From an uncultured bacterium (GTDB lineage Bacteria; Krumholzibacteriota; Krumholzibacteriia; Krumholzibacteriales; Krumholzibacteriaceae): DNA of 64,000 bases. Below the pieces are notes generated by a model. It saw only the letters and a program-made list of their open reading frames with translations. It did no database searches and was not told where the DNA came from. Below are positions 60,601 through 64,000 of the stretch, piece by piece; within the stretch, counting starts at the first letter, position 1, and each line of letters begins with the position of its first letter. The translations under genes were made by a program, and so were the position numbers. The stretch is taken from NCBI GenBank assembly GCA_963786935.1, contig CAWBAN010000004.1, positions 32,001 to 96,000 on the forward strand. Reading direction: 5' to 3'.

Positions 60601-60668
60601 GCCGCGAGAAAGACGAAGAGCGCCGCGATCGATCGCATCCCGTTCCGAGATCCCGCTTCGAGCCTCAT
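57668..60668 (-). CDS. M1-family aminopeptidase with long beta-rich C-terminus (+1 frameshift at about 59940)
   Basis: YWQQ..Y.I, QWYPK...YD..GW, EFY.EFG.FDV, HDFAW, GGMEYP, HELAH..F...WLDEG. Ends FRWTIGFSRLF. About 1000 aa joined. Confidence 0.88.
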
Positions 60669-60755
60669 TTCCACCCCTTCTCCGCAGAGTAAAACCGTCG
60701 CGCGAAATCCGCCCCGCGCGCGGCAAGTCGGTGAAGACTAGCACAGTGCGCCGTT

Positions 60756-61559
60756 TCAATCAAGGTGCTTAGGGATTCGGGGCGGGCGCAAGCATTTTGT
60801 CGACGAGGTCGGCGCGGCGCCGCCCCGCTGAATTTCCCAGAGCTTCATGTAGAGGAGCGACGTCGCGGCGGCGTTGACGAGGGAGAGGACGAGCCCGTGC
60901 GCCCCGTCCCGGTATCCCCGTCGCGATACGTACGACCGCAGGAACGAGGAGAGCGTGTGCGCGACGACGGCGCCGCCGGAGCTCTTCCGCGTTCCGGCGT
61001 ACTCGATCGCCTCGAGGGAGGTGTATTCGTTCAGCTTGGCGAACGCGGCCGATATCGACGGGTAGGTGTAATGGAGGAGCGGATGCTCGAGCGTCCCGGC
61101 CGCCCCGTCGATCTCGAAGCCTTCGTGCACGAGCCGGTCCGCCATCCGGGCCCGGGATTTGCGGAACAGGCGCATCTGGTAATCGCGCTGCCAGCCGCCC
61201 CCCTTCATGAGCGTTCCGAGGAAGTAGTTGTCCCGCCTGAGGCGGTAGCCGTCGCGGCCGCGGTTCTCGACGGCCTCTCGGATCTCGGCGGCGAGCTCCG
61301 CCGGGACCCGCTCGTCGGCGTCGACGCTCAGAATCCACTCGCTCGAGGCGAGGCCGAGGGCGTGCGCCTTCTGGCGCGCGAAGCCGTCCCAGGCCCGGGT
61401 GTCGAATCGCGCCCCGTATGCCCGGGCTATTTCCCCGGTCCGGTCGCGGCTCCCGCAGTCCACGATCACGATCTCGTCGACCCATTTGACGCTCTCGAGG
61501 CACGCCGTGAGGTTTCGTTCCTCGTTGAGCGTGATTATTATCGCCGAGATCTTCTCCAT
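60756..61559 (-). CDS. Glycosyltransferase family 2 (WaaE/KdtX-like)
   Basis: ISAIIIT.NEE.NL..CL.SV, WILSVDADE, RLFR, VHE, L.HY. Confidence 0.92.
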   Translation of the reverse strand: MEKISAIIITLNEERNLTACLESVKWVDEIVIVDCGSRDRTGEIARAYGARFDTRAWDGFARQKAHALGLASSEWILSVDADERVPAELAAEIREAVENRGRDGYRLRRDNYFLGTLMKGGGWQRDYQMRLFRKSRARMADRLVHEGFEIDGAAGTLEHPLLHYTYPSISAAFAKLNEYTSLEAIEYAGTRKSSGGAVVAHTLSSFLRSYVSRRGYRDGAHGLVLSLVNAAATSLLYMKLWEIQRGGAAPTSSTKCLRPPRIPKHLD

Positions 61560-61672
61560 GTGGATTTGCCGCCGCCTTCCGTGGGCATATGTATCGGAAT
61601 TTCAGGCCCTTGTCAAGCCGCCGCGGAGAAAGGGCTTGAGAATCCGCCCCGTTTGCGCGAGAATGGGCGGTC

Positions 61673-62182
61673 ATGGGGTACGACATCGGGATAATCCGGC
61701 CCGCCATGCGCGAGGCGGACGTGTCGCTGCGCGGCGGCTCGACACCGGCCGCCGATCTCAAGCTCATCCGGAAGGGGCTCCTGACGCTCCACACGCTCGA
61801 GCTCATGGCGGCGAACATCTACCGGTGCCAGATCGGATCGCGCGCGACCGAGCTCGATCGCGCGCTCGTCACCGCCATGTGCAACGAGATGACGCATCAT
61901 CAGGATTTTCAGGTCAAGCTCTACGAGCACGGCTGGCGGCCGAGCCCGTTCAGGTGGGCGTACTGGATCGTCGGATGGTGTTTCGGGACTTTTTCGCGGC
62001 TCAGGGGCCCGAGGGCGATTCTGAAAACGGGCGTGTGGGTCGAGACGAAGGCCGTGCATCACTACTCGGAGCTTCTCGGCCGGATCCCGTGGGATCCCGA
62101 GACGCGCGCGATCATCGAGAAGGATCAGGCCGACGAGTACGGGCATATCGAGCGCTGGAAGGGAATGCTGCGCGGCGCCTGA
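61673..62182 (+). CDS. Coq7-like / ferritin-fold diiron protein
   Basis: E..A..IY..Q, E..H (EMTH), VE..A..HY, DE..H. Start may be 61706. Confidence 0.75.
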   Translation: MGYDIGIIRPAMREADVSLRGGSTPAADLKLIRKGLLTLHTLELMAANIYRCQIGSRATELDRALVTAMCNEMTHHQDFQVKLYEHGWRPSPFRWAYWIVGWCFGTFSRLRGPRAILKTGVWVETKAVHHYSELLGRIPWDPETRAIIEKDQADEYGHIERWKGMLRGA

Positions 62183-62274
62183 AGGCCGCGCGACGCCCGA
62201 AAGCCGCGCGGCGCCGTATCGCGATTTTTCAATGTGGTTCGCTGGAATCCAGTTTTCATCCGGAAGGAGGCGGT

Positions 62275-64000
62275 ATGCACAGGGGCAAGAGGAATTCGCG
62301 TCTCTTCGCGGTCGTGTTCGCGGCGCTCGCGCTGCTCGTGCTCGCGCAGGCGCAGGTGGCGGCGCAGACCCTCGAGGAGAAGGTCAAGGACTTCGACCTG
62401 AAGAACGGCATGAAGTGGCTCGTCGTCGAGCGGAACGAGGCGCCCGTCGCGTTCTGCGCCGTCGCGTTCAACGTCGGCGCGGCGAACGAGTGGCCCAACG
62501 TCACCGGCATCTCCCATATGCTCGAGCATATGATGTTCAAGGGAACGGAGATGATGGGGACGAAGAACTACAAGAAAGAGATTCCTTACATCGAGCAGAC
62601 CGATGCGCTCGGCGACAAGACGATAGCCCTGCGGAAAGAGATGGGCGAGTGGCGATTCAAGCGCTTCCAGGCCTTCGGCCGCCAGGTGATCGAATCGTTC
62701 TCCAAGGAGGAGAAGGATCGCATCGGGTCGAACAAGGACGAGCAGAACAAGCTCCTCGCCGCGAAGGTCCGCGGCATGGCGGCGCTCCCCGATTCGATCG
62801 GCGCCGTGCCGTACCTCGTGAAGGACGGCGGCGTCAATTATCTGGATAAATATCTCGAATACGAGCTCGCGTGGGGCGAGATCGCGCGTCTCCTCGACGA
62901 GCAGCGCGAGTTCATGATCAAGGAGGAGCTCTGGGGCCTCTTCATGAACAACGGCTCGCGCTTTCTCAACGCGTTCACCTCGAACGATATGACCGTGTAT
63001 CTCGAGTACCTTCCCGCGAACCGGCTCGAGCTCTTCATGCTGCTCGAATCGGACCGGATGGAAAAGCCCATATTCAGGGAGTTCTGGTCGGAGCGCGACG
63101 TCATCATGGAGGAGCGCCGTCTCAGCGAGAACGATCCTGACGAGGCGCTCGGAGAGGCGTTCTACTCCGTCGCGTTCACGGCGAGCCCCTACAAGTGGCC
63201 CGTCGTCGGCTGGATGAGCGATCTCCAGACGATCGACCGGAAGGAGCTCCAGAAATACCATGATATGAACTACGCGCCGAACAACGCCATCGGGATCGTC
63301 GTCGGCGCCGTGAACTTCGAGCAGGTGAAGAAGCTCGCCGAGAAGTACTTCGGCTCGATCCCGGCGCAGCCGGCGCCGCCGCGCCTCGAAACGCGCGAGC
63401 CGGAGCAGCGGGGGGAGCGCCGCGTCGTCCTCGAGCACACGGCGAATCCCAAGCTCATGATCGGTTTCCACAAGCCGATCTATCCGAATCCCGACGCCGA
63501 GCCGCTCGCCGTTCTCGAGAGCATTCTCGCGGGCGGGCGCACCTCGCGTCTCTACAAGACCGTCTACGAGGAGCAGCAGCTCACCGCCGAGGAGCCGCGC
63601 GTGTATGACGGCCCCGGCGAGCGGTACGACAACCTCATGGTGATCGAGGCGCTGCCGCGCGCCCCGCACACGCTCGAGGAGGTCGAGCAGTCGATCGTCG
63701 GGGAGATCGAGAAGATCAAGAAGGAGCCGGTCACCGAGCGCGAGCTCCAGCGCGTCATGAACCAGATCGACGCGAACATGACCCGCTCCCTCGGCTCGAA
63801 CCTCGGCATCGCGTTCCAGATCGCCCTCGGGCAGCTCTACTACGGCGATTATCACGCGAACTTCCGCAGCATCGAACGTATGAAGAAGGTCACGGCCGCG
63901 GACGTCCAGCGGGTCGCGAACGAGTATCTCAAGGAGAGCAACCGGACCGTCGCCTACCGCGTCCAGACGGAGAAGAAAGAGGGCGCGGAGGAGCAGATCG
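62275..64000 (+). CDS. M16 (insulinase/pitrilysin) zinc peptidase, 3' partial
   Basis: Absent from the ORF track because there is no stop in the window. GGAGG SD, ATG 62275, signal peptide, LKNGM, GISHMLEHMMFKGT (HXXEH), NAFTSND.T.Y, LESDRM, ER.VI.EERR. Open to the window end. Confidence 0.93.
   Translation, partial: MHRGKRNSRLFAVVFAALALLVLAQAQVAAQTLEEKVKDFDLKNGMKWLVVERNEAPVAFCAVAFNVGAANEWPNVTGISHMLEHMMFKGTEMMGTKNYKKEIPYIEQTDALGDKTIALRKEMGEWRFKRFQAFGRQVIESFSKEEKDRIGSNKDEQNKLLAAKVRGMAALPDSIGAVPYLVKDGGVNYLDKYLEYELAWGEIARLLDEQREFMIKEELWGLFMNNGSRFLNAFTSNDMTVYLEYLPANRLELFMLLESDRMEKPIFREFWSERDVIMEERRLSENDPDEALGEAFYSVAFTASPYKWPVVGWMSDLQTIDRKELQKYHDMNYAPNNAIGIVVGAVNFEQVKKLAEKYFGSIPAQPAPPRLETREPEQRGERRVVLEHTANPKLMIGFHKPIYPNPDAEPLAVLESILAGGRTSRLYKTVYEEQQLTAEEPRVYDGPGERYDNLMVIEALPRAPHTLEEVEQSIVGEIEKIKKEPVTERELQRVMNQIDANMTRSLGSNLGIAFQIALGQLYYGDYHANFRSIERMKKVTAADVQRVANEYLKESNRTVAYRVQTEKKEGAEEQI

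Noticed and set aside
55734..60674. 1646-aa ORF that looks like an M1-S41-TPR mega-fusion
   Set aside because: Artefact of the +1 shift near 59940. Its middle is an off-frame Arg-rich reading, the real M1 continues in ORF 57668..59845, and S41 has its own SD and signal peptide at 57536.
61673..62182. Calling the ferritin-fold gene coq7 (ubiquinone synthesis)
   Set aside because: Only generic diiron ExxH motifs are visible and there is no ubi gene context.

Overview
High-GC bacterial genomic window with no rRNA, tRNA or CRISPR array that I could see. Exported proteins with FlgD-Ig-like C-terminal domains, short (S/T)W(G/S)xIK C-terminal tails and the codon style suggest, by inference only, an FCB-group candidate lineage such as Krumholzibacteriota, Latescibacterota or Eisenbacteria. 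1-25.5 kb is an envelope-signalling and proteolysis region. It holds a partial OmpA-like gene, a DUF6600-like lipoprotein, an RsbW/STAS pair, an ECF sigma with its anti-sigma, a membrane-anchored protein with 151-aa repeats, a gluzincin/beta-propeller/beta-barrel protein, PrsW, an exported TPR-CHAT protease, a double-kinase/STAND/TM/WD40 protein and a kinase-TPR protein. 25.5-50 kb is mostly anaerobe-type housekeeping: rubrerythrin, DtxR-feoA-feoB, iorAB, a CGGC protein, an aldo/keto reductase, a GT4, pyk, an archaeal-type 2x thiolase-like + 2x DUF35 cluster and pckA. 50-64 kb has a LamG/metallophosphoesterase protein, an IS91-like remnant next to a hydrolase, S41, M1 and M16 peptidases, a GT2 and a Coq7-like ferritin-fold protein. 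Three observations stand out: (1) the same CAACT-N16-GTAGT motif upstream of both the ECF sigma gene and the repeat-protein gene; (2) a structured stand-alone ncRNA candidate of about 370 nt at 42.35-42.73 kb behind a near-consensus sigma70 promoter; (3) the tandem-kinase STAND receptor. Eleven frameshifts split genes and 10 of them are net +1, which points to sequencing or assembly error rather than decay.
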